From the IMG/VR virus record IMGVR_UViG_3300001346_000011, positions 1 to 64,000 of that record: 64,000 nucleotides of DNA; one strand, 5' to 3'. Position 1 is the stretch's first letter; every line of letters begins with the position of its first letter. Source of the stretch: an uncultured virus (IMG/VR IMGVR_UViG_3300001346_000011). Its lineage: Duplodnaviria; Heunggongvirae; Uroviricota; Caudoviricetes; Kyanoviridae. A model generated the notes under the pieces. That model made no database searches. It was not told where the DNA came from and was given only the letters and a program-made list of their open reading frames with translations. Made by a program: the position numbers and the translations under genes. Of this stretch, positions 1 through 9,479 are shown piece by piece.

Positions 1-206
1 GATAATAATTTTGTTTGATATTGAAAAGGTTCAAATATACATTTTCCTCTTACAGGGTGCTGTATAAAAAAGAATTTTTTTGCAAAATAATCGTATCCTT
101 TTACAGGATCTGAACAATGCACTAAATCTGCTATTTGTTCTTCTGTAAATTTTTCCCTTGTGTGTGCTTTTTTGGTAAGGACACCATCTAAACTTTTATT
201 ACTCAT
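1..206 (-). CDS. gp17: Terminase large subunit, N-terminal part (runs off the window)
   Basis: Not in ORF track. Manual translation from ATG at 206: MSNKSLDGVLTKKAHTREKFTEEQIADLVHCSDPVKGYDYFAKKFFFIQHPVRGKCIFEPFQYQTKLL, matching the T4-like gp17 N-terminus (C..DP.YF...I.HP..G...F....YQ). Confidence 0.85.
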   Translation of the reverse strand, partial: MSNKSLDGVLTKKAHTREKFTEEQIADLVHCSDPVKGYDYFAKKFFFIQHPVRGKCIFEPFQYQTKLL

Positions 207-249
207 ATATAATACTTATGCTGAAAATTGGTGGTGTATTGCTTTTTGA

Positions 250-708
250 CTATGCGTTTTTCTTAAAGTCTTGGTAGGCTTGTAGCAAAGTTTCTTTGAT
301 AGAAGATTGAACTTCTTCTTCAGTTTTTTCAAGTGCCATTGGATTATCGCCGCCTGCAACTTTAGGGTATGTTTTTTTGATCTTGTTTATACCGCCTGAC
401 AAATCTTTTGTCATGTATTGTGTGTCTTTGTATTCAGGTTCAGGTGTTGTTGATGCTTTGCCTGGAATTTCTTCTTCTACAGATTCTTCTGGTTTAGGTG
501 TTGGTAATGGAATTGTCATTTCTTTTTCTTTTGGTTCTGGTACGCCTGCACTTTTGAAAATTTGTGCAATTGCCGCCATATCTTCTGGAGTATCTCCGTA
601 CAGCATAACCTGTGATGCTTCTTTAAGATGTATTTTTTTCACATCTTCTTTCATTTGCTCTTTGCTTTGAATAGCATCTATTTTTGTTAAAAAATCTCTA
701 ATGTCCAT
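250..708 (-). CDS. Hypothetical acidic phage protein (152 aa)
   Basis: Track ORF 250..813; more likely start MDIRDFL at 708, 5 nt after a TAAATA late-promoter motif and clear of the upstream gene. Confidence 0.7.
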   Translation of the reverse strand: MDIRDFLTKIDAIQSKEQMKEDVKKIHLKEASQVMLYGDTPEDMAAIAQIFKSAGVPEPKEKEMTIPLPTPKPEESVEEEIPGKASTTPEPEYKDTQYMTKDLSGGINKIKKTYPKVAGGDNPMALEKTEEEVQSSIKETLLQAYQDFKKNA

Positions 709-712
709 ATTA

Positions 713-1297
713 CTATTTACCTTTCGACTTACCTGAAATAGGTGAAGTTGTACCTTTTGAATCTTCTGCGTTTTCTGTGGATCCGCCACCTGGTTTAATT
801 TCGCTTGCGGCATCTGGAGCCGATCTTTCTTTACGAGCTTTTTCTAATTCTTTTAATAATTCCATAACTCTTGAAGTGCCTACTGTTTTTTGTTCGTCTT
901 TGCTGTCTTCATAAGGCGTGTTAAGTTTTGCTTCATACGGTGCATCTGATTTTTCTTCTTGATATTCTTCTTGAGCTTCACCTGGAGTTCTCACTATAAC
1001 ATGACTTTCTGGCACATTGCAATAGTTTTTTATGTACTGTTGTAACACTGTTGCTGTTGTTGGATATTGTAATTCTGTTTCAAAGTATGTTGTTCTTTCA
1101 TTTTCAAGAGCAGGAAAATCCAATGGTCTTTTTGTTATTGGAGTCTTTTTACCGTTGCTCATTTTAACAACTACAAATTTTTCTAATGCTGATTCTAAAC
1201 TGTCAGCGAAACCTTCTGGCAAATCGCCTGCTACACCTATTTTAAAAGGGTATGTTTTTGTGCTTTCTGCTAGGTACTGTTGTAATTTACTTGTCAT
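713..1297 (-). CDS. Hypothetical phage protein (194 aa)
   Basis: Intact ORF in the gp4-gp16-gp17 run, overlapping the upstream gene end. Confidence 0.75.
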   Translation of the reverse strand: MTSKLQQYLAESTKTYPFKIGVAGDLPEGFADSLESALEKFVVVKMSNGKKTPITKRPLDFPALENERTTYFETELQYPTTATVLQQYIKNYCNVPESHVIVRTPGEAQEEYQEEKSDAPYEAKLNTPYEDSKDEQKTVGTSRVMELLKELEKARKERSAPDAASEIKPGGGSTENAEDSKGTTSPISGKSKGK

Positions 1298-1838
1298 TTT
1301 TGTTATCTCTATCTTCTTTGTTGTATTTATCCATCTTTTTAAGTTTTTCCAATAAACTGTTACGGTCTGATATCACATATCCTTCTCCTTGCACCACGTT
1401 TGTGTCGGAATCGCCTGTTTTTTGGTCTTGTTTTTGTTTTTTAAGTTGTAAATCAACCATCTTTAACTTTTTATCCATCTTTGCCACTTTGGCATCTAGA
1501 GTTGTTTTCAACATATTGCCTGCCACTTCAAATATACGAGCCGAGTATCTACTTTCCACATTCATACCCAAATCCATTAAATCTTCGTAAGCAGTAATGG
1601 CACGTGTACTAACATCATCCAATTCTGAATCTCCTAGTTCTCCTAAACCGTCAACTTTTGGTAGTGCCGCCGCAATTTTATCAAACTCTGCAATGTCTCG
1701 CATTGTGGATTGTTGCTGTTCTATGCTTTTGCTTTTGTTTTCTGTTTTTTTATCTTCTGCTTGTGATTTTTCTTGTTCTTCTTTCACAATCTCTTGAGAT
1801 TCTGGAAGATTAAGCAGTTCTTCTAATTTTTTGGTCAT
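1287..1838 (-). CDS. gp16: Terminase small subunit (gp16-like)
   Basis: Helical core RIFEVAGNMLK...KLKMVDLQLKK resembles the T4-like gp16 R(A/I)(Y/F)EVAG motif; lies near gp17. Confidence 0.65.
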   Translation of the reverse strand: MTKKLEELLNLPESQEIVKEEQEKSQAEDKKTENKSKSIEQQQSTMRDIAEFDKIAAALPKVDGLGELGDSELDDVSTRAITAYEDLMDLGMNVESRYSARIFEVAGNMLKTTLDAKVAKMDKKLKMVDLQLKKQKQDQKTGDSDTNVVQGEGYVISDRNSLLEKLKKMDKYNKEDRDNKNDK

Positions 1839-1859
1839 AAGTTATATTTTTATTTAGTG

Positions 1860-2297
1860 TTAACCTTTTTTGGCACCATGAAAAATGTCTTTTTCATTTA
1901 TCACTCTGAAACGAAATCCTTTGTTCTTGCACCACGCCTGAGCACTGCTCCATTTGGCTTTATTGATGATCAGTTGTGCTTGATTGTATCTATTCTTTCC
2001 TACTTTTTCTATCAATGTTTGATTTTCTGGTTTTATTTCTATAATTTCAGCATGCGGTCTTCCATTTTTATCTGTGTATGCGATGAAAAAATCCGGAACG
2101 TATATGGTGTATTTTCCTGTCATAGGATGTTTGTAAGGAATTCTTATAGATTCGTTTGCCCATTTTTGTATGCTGGGACTTTCATCACAAAACTTCATAA
2201 AAGCAAATTCCCAACTGCTTCTATACAAAGGAGTTCGACCACCCACGTACTTGTCTGGATTTTTTATTTGATACTTACCTTGAGCGAACTTCGCCAT
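1860..2297 (-). CDS. gp4: Head completion nuclease (gp4-like, TnsA-type fold)
   Basis: Motifs YRSSWE, W.NE.I.IPY, YVPDF, EIKP, N.AKW..A, F.VINE. Confidence 0.9.
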   Translation of the reverse strand: MAKFAQGKYQIKNPDKYVGGRTPLYRSSWEFAFMKFCDESPSIQKWANESIRIPYKHPMTGKYTIYVPDFFIAYTDKNGRPHAEIIEIKPENQTLIEKVGKNRYNQAQLIINKAKWSSAQAWCKNKGFRFRVINEKDIFHGAKKG

Positions 2298-2301
2298 TGG
2301 A

Positions 2302-2664
2302 CTATACTACTATGTTACGTTTTTCTGAAAGATTTTTTTCAGTTTTAACTTTATAACCAAGTGATGATGTGTTTGATCTGTTGTGATTTAAAATCTCTGT
2401 AACAATATAACTCAACTGCACTGTGTCCATACCTTTTAATGTATCCAACAATTCAAAAACTTTTACACCGTCTATCTTTGCTTGTTGTAGTATCACTGTT
2501 GCTGTTGATATACTTGCAGTTCTTTCAAATCCTCTAGATTCAAAATATCCTACAACAGCATCAACATCATTGCTGGGAAACGATATAGTATCATTGAAAT
2601 AATTATTAAAAAATTCTTTTACTGGTCCACTACTGTCGTTGTTTTGTTTAGGTATGTTTGACAT
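2302..2664 (-). CDS. Hypothetical phage protein (120 aa)
   Basis: Intact ORF tightly packed between neighbours. Confidence 0.75.
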   Translation of the reverse strand: MSNIPKQNNDSSGPVKEFFNNYFNDTISFPSNDVDAVVGYFESRGFERTASISTATVILQQAKIDGVKVFELLDTLKGMDTVQLSYIVTEILNHNRSNTSSLGYKVKTEKNLSEKRNIVV

Positions 2665-2674
2665 TTTATTTCCT

Positions 2675-3805
2675 TTACTTTTTTATAAGTGCTTTAACAA
2701 TTTGTTTTGCACCAGAGCCTATGTTAGATGCACTTCTTCCGATGAAAGTGTTTGGCACACCATAAGACTGATCTGCTGTGTTGCCTATTCTTCCAATTGC
2801 TCCTGTTAATATGTTAAACCCTTCTTGTTTTAATCCTTCTTTAGATAAATTTTTTGCATTTTTTAATCTGTTGGCTGTTCTTATTATAGAACCCAATGTG
2901 ATACCTTGTCTACTTGCACCCAGTTGACTGCCGATGTATGTGTATGGTCCATCATTAGCACCAAACAATCCTGATAACACTCCGCCAGTGCCAAGTAAAC
3001 TTGTAGATCCTCCACCCGATAATGAATTAGGTGATGGTGTTTTGTCGTAATGTTCTTTGCCAAATCCAGCAGGAGCACCGTTGGCTTGTACTCTGCCTCT
3101 AGAATAAAACACTGCTTCATATTCCACTGACATCTGATTTTGTACAGGTGCTGATTCTTGATTATTCATTGAATCATGTTGCCATCTTTGGATTATAGGA
3201 TTAACCAATGTGTAACAAGTGTAAGTTTTTCTTGCCATCTGATAAATTTGAATACTTGTGAAAAAAGGAATATTTGCATTGTTGTCTAATCCAAATCTAT
3301 TTTTAGTGTTTTTATTATTTGTCAATCCACCTGATTTGCTGTAAGGTCTTTCAGTACTTGTGGACTGATTTCCTTGTGTATCTTTACTGGCATAATTTCC
3401 ATCATTGAAATAATATCTATAATAAGTTTCCCATAGTGCTGTGGTTACACCATAGTTGTCGTCATGAAAAGTTATGTTGATTGGATCATACGAAATTTTA
3501 GTTTGTACTTTTCTTTTTACGTTGTACTGTTGTGCTGTGATCATGTCCACAGTGTATTGTGGCAAGTCCACGGCTTTAACCAACATGTTAAGTTCTCGTT
3601 GATGATTGCTTAATGGCGGATCAGTAATAGCCGCTTGTGGATTAATATTGAAAACCACATGATATAAAAACTTTTGTTTGGGTGCTAATCTAAAACTGTC
3701 ATCTACATACAGTCTAGAAGCATGGCTGAAATCTGCTAGATTTCCTTTGGGATTAAGTGTCCCTTTAAGAACATTGTCTAAAAAACCTTTTAGTAAATTT
3801 GCCAT
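2675..3805 (-). CDS. Tail tube-fold protein (baseplate/tube junction, gp48/gp54/gp19-like)
   Basis: VKAVDLPQY...YDPINITFHDDN...YTLVNPII..W......MSVEYE pattern of the tube fold; directly downstream of the tail tube gene. Confidence 0.65.
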   Translation of the reverse strand: MANLLKGFLDNVLKGTLNPKGNLADFSHASRLYVDDSFRLAPKQKFLYHVVFNINPQAAITDPPLSNHQRELNMLVKAVDLPQYTVDMITAQQYNVKRKVQTKISYDPINITFHDDNYGVTTALWETYYRYYFNDGNYASKDTQGNQSTSTERPYSKSGGLTNNKNTKNRFGLDNNANIPFFTSIQIYQMARKTYTCYTLVNPIIQRWQHDSMNNQESAPVQNQMSVEYEAVFYSRGRVQANGAPAGFGKEHYDKTPSPNSLSGGGSTSLLGTGGVLSGLFGANDGPYTYIGSQLGASRQGITLGSIIRTANRLKNAKNLSKEGLKQEGFNILTGAIGRIGNTADQSYGVPNTFIGRSASNIGSGAKQIVKALIKK

Positions 3806-3811
3806 ATACAG

Positions 3812-3818
3812 TATTTAT
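3812..3818 (-). promoter_or_regulatory. T4-like late promoter (ATAAATA), representative copy
   Basis: The motif or its TAAATA core recurs upstream of many genes (714, 4538, 7825, 7891, 26000, 26464, 31000, 31718, 32715, 40899, 46076, 52440, 56632, 59437); resembles T4 TATAAATA. Confidence 0.8.
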
Positions 3819-3846
3819 GTAAGGGAAAAATGTGATGTTTTAAAAA

Positions 3847-3872
3847 CAAAAAAGGGGCCTAAGCCCCCTTTT
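3847..3872 (-). terminator. Rho-independent terminator after the tail tube gene
   Basis: Minus strand reads AAGGGGGC-TTAG-GCCCCTT followed by a T run. Confidence 0.85.
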
Positions 3873-3895
3873 CAATTTATAAATGCTTACGAAAA

Positions 3896-4522
3896 TTACG
3901 CACCGCCGCCCGTAATTAGCGTGTTTGTGGTTCTGCCTACAGCAGTACCTACTCCTGTTCCTTGTGGAGTCTGGATAGCATTGTCGTATCTTAATGCTAA
4001 CGTTACAGTAACAGGCTCTGATGTTTGATATGCTAATTGATTGTAGTTTGCTGATTCAATGTAGCAACCATACAGTTCAAATGTTTCTAAAACATTTACT
4101 GTGTTGGCACCATTTGCACCGTCTGTAATTTCTATTCTTGTTACGAATTTGTAGTCTGAACCTGAAGCCGCCGCACTCATTTCAAAGAAGTCAAATTGTT
4201 TCTGTAATTGTTCACCAACAAGTTTTTGTACGTTGTTGCTGACATCTTCTCTTAATGTTAGTGTAACAGTTTCCCATGTGTGTTTACCTGCTAGATATAC
4301 TTTAGAGTTATAAACGTCAATGGTTGTTGTTTCAAAACTTAAATTAGGTCTTGTAATATCTACAACTTGCTTTGTAAGTTCAGTAGTTGGTGTAGATACA
4401 CCAAAGTTTTCTAGTGATACTCTAAAACGATACTGTAACTTTGGCATTAACAGACCTTGGTTAGAAGCAGATTGGTTACTGTCTAAAGGTACTGTAATTT
4501 TTGATAGTGTAGATATACTCAT
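3896..4522 (-). CDS. gp19: Tail tube protein
   Basis: PKLQYRFRV, RPNLSF, YLAGKHTWE.VTLTLRED, FELYGCY, L.YDNA; follows sheath; AGGAG RBS. Confidence 0.9.
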   Translation of the reverse strand: MSISTLSKITVPLDSNQSASNQGLLMPKLQYRFRVSLENFGVSTPTTELTKQVVDITRPNLSFETTTIDVYNSKVYLAGKHTWETVTLTLREDVSNNVQKLVGEQLQKQFDFFEMSAAASGSDYKFVTRIEITDGANGANTVNVLETFELYGCYIESANYNQLAYQTSEPVTVTLALRYDNAIQTPQGTGVGTAVGRTTNTLITGGGA

Positions 4523-4547
4523 TTGTTTCTCCTATAATATTTATCTA

Positions 4548-7500
4548 TTATAAACCTGCTATTTCGCCAGTATTTTTCAATCTTAATGGTACGTAGATGA
4601 ACTCTACTGCTTTGACTGGTTCAATCGCAATATCTAAGTACAACTCGTTTCTGTCTATTCTTGTTGATGTGTTGTTTGATTCATCACACACTACTAAGAA
4701 ATCAAAAATCGCTCTGTTACCAACTAGTTCTAGTAATAAACTTTCTGCTTGAGCTTTGATTTCATCTCTTGTGATTTTATCATTTGGCTCAAATACATAA
4801 GGTCTCGCTAATTTGTTTAATTGGCTTCTTAGGTAGATTACTAATCTAGCAACATTGATTCTGTCTAGTGCAGAACTACCAGCAAATCTTGTTTTTTGTC
4901 CGTAGTTGACTAAGCCAGCACCTGTTATGAAAGTAATTGGGTTAACATTGTTTGAATACAATGTGTCTCTTTGACCTTCATTTAATGAAGTTGAAACAAA
5001 TTCGCCTTCATTGCTGATGTAACCTGTTGAAGTAGCATTTGTAATTCCACCTCTTCTTGTACCTGCTGGAGCAAACCATGGGAAAGAAACTTGATCGCTT
5101 AATGCAATTGTTCTTAACATCATGTGACTTGCTGGAACAACTACATTGTTACCGAAGTTATCACTTGTGAATCCTGATGGATAAAATACTCCAAGATATT
5201 CGTCTGTGCTTACAAGTCCATTGTCGTTGTCTTCAACTGCTAGGTTAACGTTTGTTGCCCAGTTTTGTAAACTTGTTGCATCTGGTGTTAATCTCATTGG
5301 TGAGTCACCAATTATAAACGCTGACAATCCTCTGTCATTGTTTAATGAAATCATTTCGCCGATTAATTCTGGATATCCTGGTGTTGCCATGATGTTAAAC
5401 AATCTAGATTCATCATCTCTGATTTCTTGATTGCCATTAACCATTGCTTGTAGTTTTTGCACAATAACTTTTCTTTGTGCTTTTCTACCAAATGATCCTG
5501 AACCGTCTGCCTGGTTCGCTGATTCTGTTACCCATCTGTGTGGATAGTAAGCCGCCATTGATGAATCTACATCTGAACCTCTTTGGTTATCTGCTGTAAC
5601 ATCAACATAATTTCTTACAAATTTCTTAACATTGAATCCAGAACGTCTTGTGTTCCACAACAACATACCTTTTGGATATAGTGCTGGATCTGGAGCATCA
5701 GTGTCTAAGAAGTCACTTGCTAGTAATTCTTTTATTGTTCCTTTAGGAGCCACAGATGCTGTTCCACCTGTTGTTCCGTATCTTGCATCTGCAAATACGA
5801 TTCCATTTTCCGTTGTTTGGTCACCTGAATCAACTTGAATCCATTTTAATGAAGTTGCATTCCATTTGTAAACAATTGGATAATTTTCTAAGTCTGCTGT
5901 TGAAATCCATATGTCGCCTTCAACCAATGCACCACCGCCTGACGCTGTGGATTGTGTAGTTGGAGCAGTTGCTGAAACTTGAGGACCTTCTGAGTCTGTA
6001 CCAGATACTGCTGAATAACCTTTCCAGTTTGTACCGTTGTGGTATAAAATATCCACTTCATCAACTATTGATGAGTACCATAATTGTCCATCTACCGCAG
6101 TTGTTGTTACTGCTGTTGCACTTGCTGTGTAAGTTAAAATTTTCCAGTTACTTGCTCTGAATCCAGCAGTTGTTGTGTACAAGTTTGCTGTACCTGCCTT
6201 GGTTGTGTAGTTGTAACCAGTGAAACCTGCTTCACCCAAAGTACCATCTGTGTCAACAATGTCAAATTCTCCACCGTCGTTGTGTTCGATTGAAACTCTG
6301 TTCTGTGAATCAACACTTGCAACAATGTTGGTAAAACCTGAACCGTTAATAGCACCTGCTATTAAATCTGCATCAGTTGCCGCACCTGTTGGAGTNACAC
6401 TTACCGTTATTGCTGAGTTTAATGCTAATTGACCAACAATTGATTCTGCAATAGTGAATGATTTACTACCTGCTGTGATACCTGTTGTGATTGCTGTACC
6501 TGTAACTTTTGTTGAACCTGTAGATTCTCTTCTATGAATTGTTTGCTCTAGAGCATTTGTTCCGTTGTCATGGTCAACATACAAAGTGCCTACAGCAAGA
6601 TTTACTCCACCACCTGTTCTGTCTAAATTGTATAGAGCAGTTTCGGCATTTTCGTAAATTGGTGCTGTTACATCTTCCCAAAGTTTAGTTGTACCATTGA
6701 ATTTTTTAACTGACCATTTTGCACCTGCGTTAGGTGTTGTTGTTTTCACCCATAAAGAACCTGTTGGTCTTGATTCTGTGTCAGCAGTTTTGTATGCTGG
6801 TACAGAAGTGTGTGGGGCAGTTGTTAATTTTGGAACGTAATATGTTGCTGGTGCAATACCTAATACTGTTTCTGTGTTTAATGTACCACTTGCAATTTGA
6901 ATATCATCATCATTAGCACCATTGTAATAGATTGCTAATCTGTTGCCTATTACTCTTGCTGATAAACCTGAAACACCTGCTCCTGTAATATCTGACGCCA
7001 CGTCAGTAACTGTTGTACCTGATGTTGTGATTGTAGTGTCGCCACCATTAATAGTGATTGTAAATGTTGTACCACTTGCGATTGTGCCTGTTGTAGAACC
7101 TACCACAGTTGGATTTGAACCTGTCCAATCCTGTGTGCCTACACCTACCCAAGTACCATCATATTTTTTGTAGTACATTTCGTTGGCATCTGTTGTTGCC
7201 ACGATTGCGTAATCGCCTGCTTGTCCGAAAGAAGTCTTTGGAACACCAGCACTTAAAAGTGTAGTATCTGTTATAACGCTAGGAATTTTGTTTGTGAATG
7301 TTTGTCCACCAGTTGTTGATGCACTTGCACCATTCCATTCAAATATTCCAAATTTTGAAACTGCTGTGTCAAACCAGTAAGTTCCTGATTCTGGATTTGC
7401 CGCTGGTGCTGTTGCTGTTGCTTCTAATTGACCTAGGTCAACATCTGCTCTTACAACGTATGCTCTGTTGGCAACACCTAAATAACTGTATGCCGCTTGT

Positions 7501-7781
7501 AATCCGTATTCATTTGTTTCACCACCATTGATAGGATTATTGTTAGCATCAGTTTTAAAAACTGGATCACCAAATGTTTCTGCTAATTCTCTTTGTGAAG
7601 TCATTAAGAATACTTTGCCTGCGTTAGCGGCTGTTGTACCTAATGCTGTTCCTGTTCCTGAACTGTTTGTTTTGTCTTGTGCCGAAGCAACAAATATCAT
7701 TGGGACTGTGCCCGGTTCTGCTGGTGTGTAGAAACTTTCGTCTATTACACTAACCTGTACTCCTGGTGAAACTAATGCCAT
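4548..7781 (-). CDS. gp18: Contractile tail sheath protein, expanded (1077 aa)
   Basis: N-terminal LVSPGVQVSVIDES; C-terminal WFAPAG..RG, NPI, GQKT, ALDRINVARL, FEPND..TR, VCDESNN...IDRNEL..DI.I.P.KAVEFI. Confidence 0.95.
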   Translation of the reverse strand: MALVSPGVQVSVIDESFYTPAEPGTVPMIFVASAQDKTNSSGTGTALGTTAANAGKVFLMTSQRELAETFGDPVFKTDANNNPINGGETNEYGLQAAYSYLGVANRAYVVRADVDLGQLEATATAPAANPESGTYWFDTAVSKFGIFEWNGASASTTGGQTFTNKIPSVITDTTLLSAGVPKTSFGQAGDYAIVATTDANEMYYKKYDGTWVGVGTQDWTGSNPTVVGSTTGTIASGTTFTITINGGDTTITTSGTTVTDVASDITGAGVSGLSARVIGNRLAIYYNGANDDDIQIASGTLNTETVLGIAPATYYVPKLTTAPHTSVPAYKTADTESRPTGSLWVKTTTPNAGAKWSVKKFNGTTKLWEDVTAPIYENAETALYNLDRTGGGVNLAVGTLYVDHDNGTNALEQTIHRRESTGSTKVTGTAITTGITAGSKSFTIAESIVGQLALNSAITVSXTPTGAATDADLIAGAINGSGFTNIVASVDSQNRVSIEHNDGGEFDIVDTDGTLGEAGFTGYNYTTKAGTANLYTTTAGFRASNWKILTYTASATAVTTTAVDGQLWYSSIVDEVDILYHNGTNWKGYSAVSGTDSEGPQVSATAPTTQSTASGGGALVEGDIWISTADLENYPIVYKWNATSLKWIQVDSGDQTTENGIVFADARYGTTGGTASVAPKGTIKELLASDFLDTDAPDPALYPKGMLLWNTRRSGFNVKKFVRNYVDVTADNQRGSDVDSSMAAYYPHRWVTESANQADGSGSFGRKAQRKVIVQKLQAMVNGNQEIRDDESRLFNIMATPGYPELIGEMISLNNDRGLSAFIIGDSPMRLTPDATSLQNWATNVNLAVEDNDNGLVSTDEYLGVFYPSGFTSDNFGNNVVVPASHMMLRTIALSDQVSFPWFAPAGTRRGGITNATSTGYISNEGEFVSTSLNEGQRDTLYSNNVNPITFITGAGLVNYGQKTRFAGSSALDRINVARLVIYLRSQLNKLARPYVFEPNDKITRDEIKAQAESLLLELVGNRAIFDFLVVCDESNNTSTRIDRNELYLDIAIEPVKAVEFIYVPLRLKNTGEIAGL

Positions 7782-7903
7782 CTTTTTTATCTCCTATTAA
7801 AGTGTAAAACTTTATTATTGCTAGTATTTATGACAATATGTCAAATCAAGCCGTATTAAGGTTTATAAAAAAGGGGTTGAAAAGGGCAGGTAAATACAGT
7901 TGT

Positions 7904-8245
7904 ATGAGACCGTTATGTACTAAATGTAGTCAAAGACCTTCCGCTGTGAACTATAAAAAAGGCAACAAGACCTATTATAGAAAGCAGTGTGAAATGTGTT
8001 TGAAGTATGGAGGTCCTAGTGGATATCATCCCAAGTGGTATGTTGCCGGATATAGAGTTAAAACAAAATGTGACAAATGTGGACATTCAAGCAAGTATAA
8101 ACAGCATTTCAATGTGTTTCATGTGGACAGCAATCTTAATAATTGCAAATTTAACAATCTAAAAACAGTGTGTGCTAACTGCCAAAGATCTTTGCACCTT
8201 GAAGGGATCCGTTGGCAACAAGGCGATCTTGTACCTGATTTTTAA
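7904..8245 (+). CDS. Zn-finger / HNH-like protein
   Basis: Start MRPLC at 7904, 7 nt after TAAATA; four CxxC pairs and HNH-like FHVDSNLNN...NLKTVCANCQ. Confidence 0.7.
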   Translation: MRPLCTKCSQRPSAVNYKKGNKTYYRKQCEMCLKYGGPSGYHPKWYVAGYRVKTKCDKCGHSSKYKQHFNVFHVDSNLNNCKFNNLKTVCANCQRSLHLEGIRWQQGDLVPDF

Positions 8246-8801
8246 GTTCAGCAATGGTGCTGTTGTTGGATAATTCTGCATCAAAATCTGTGTTCGCCCA
8301 TGCCCATTCAGATGGATGTACATCTTTGGGAGTTTTTCCAATATCTTGATACATTCTGAACCATACAGGAATTTGACCTCTTTTTACCCACCACACTTCT
8401 CCATCAATTTCTTTAATCATGTTGGCTTCATTGTCAAACCGCACATCTGGTATTACCCAATTGGTGCCTGGATTGTCTAAAATTTTCTTTTTTGCCAGGC
8501 TCACCCATACGCCATCATAAAATCCATCACGCATACATTCTGTGCCAAACACTTGAAGCACATGTCTGGGTGTGATATCTTTGCCCATTTCTTTGCTCCA
8601 GAATTTGTCTGCTTGTTCTCTCCAGGCTCTGCTTTCATCTGTTTTTCCGTCCAACAGTTGTCTGTCCCAATCAAACATTTCAGCCACACTGTCTTTCAAT
8701 TTGTCAGCAAATGACAATTTTTCAAAGTTGTTTTCTTTTACTAAAAAGTCAGCGATGGTGTCTTTGCCCGAACCTATCAGTCCGCATATTCCTATAATCA
8801 T
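8175..8801 (-). CDS. Deoxynucleoside monophosphate kinase (T4 gp1-like)
   Basis: P-loop GLIGSGKDT, SFADKLKD, TPRHVLQVFGTE, IPDVRFDNE, HPSE. Confidence 0.9.
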   Translation of the reverse strand: MIIGICGLIGSGKDTIADFLVKENNFEKLSFADKLKDSVAEMFDWDRQLLDGKTDESRAWREQADKFWSKEMGKDITPRHVLQVFGTECMRDGFYDGVWVSLAKKKILDNPGTNWVIPDVRFDNEANMIKEIDGEVWWVKRGQIPVWFRMYQDIGKTPKDVHPSEWAWANTDFDAELSNNSTIAELKNQVQDRLVANGSLQGAKIFGS

Positions 8802-9436
8802 AATTGTAATTGTGTTGTGCCTACTCCTACCTTACCTTTAACAAAAAAATTAAATGCTAAACTTAATCTATCTTTGTCTGCATCTTGCGGAGGCACTGTG
8901 TGTTCTAACCAAGATGGAAACATATACAGATCATTTTTTTTAGGCTTCATGCCGTAATAATCTACATTGTATTGATTTTGATTTTTATTTCTAAAAGTTG
9001 GTTTAATTGTTTCGTGAAAAAGATTTGTGTAAAAATAAGGCTTGTTAAATATTATAGGGGCTGATGTGTCATCACTTTCAACATAATATACTCCACTGAT
9101 CATTGCATTTGGATGTGAATGTTGAACAATATGATCACCCTTTCCATTTTTGTTTACCCAACTTGTTGTTAATTCAAAATCTTGTTCAATATCTAATACA
9201 TCGCTTACAAAATGATTCATCACTTTCAATATCTGTTGTCTAAGATTTTTTAATTGAGGCTGATTTAATACCTGCATTCCTGCATTTTTTGGTTCTTCAT
9301 TTTTGGCGTCATATAAACCAACACTTTGTGGAGGAAATTTTAAATTTTTTATCCAAGATTCTTCCATAGGATCCAAAGGATCCAGAACAGTTTTGTATAA
9401 TGGTACTGAAAATAATGGAGTAACTTGATGTTTCAT
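8798..9436 (-). CDS. Putative 2OG-Fe(II) oxygenase
   Basis: SWVN...HSHPNAMISGVYY...FPSWLEHTV...RLSLAFN pattern. Confidence 0.85.
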   Translation of the reverse strand: MKHQVTPLFSVPLYKTVLDPLDPMEESWIKNLKFPPQSVGLYDAKNEEPKNAGMQVLNQPQLKNLRQQILKVMNHFVSDVLDIEQDFELTTSWVNKNGKGDHIVQHSHPNAMISGVYYVESDDTSAPIIFNKPYFYTNLFHETIKPTFRNKNQNQYNVDYYGMKPKKNDLYMFPSWLEHTVPPQDADKDRLSLAFNFFVKGKVGVGTTQLQL

Positions 9437-9443
9437 ATAGTGT

Positions 9444-9472
9444 ATATTACTATATGTTTAGTTGATTGTCAA
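9444..9472 (-). promoter_or_regulatory. Sigma70-type promoter of the oxygenase/dNMP kinase genes
   Basis: TTGACA-17 nt-TAATAT on the minus strand, ending 7 nt before the ATG at 9436. Confidence 0.6.
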
Positions 9473-9479
9473 CTAAGAT

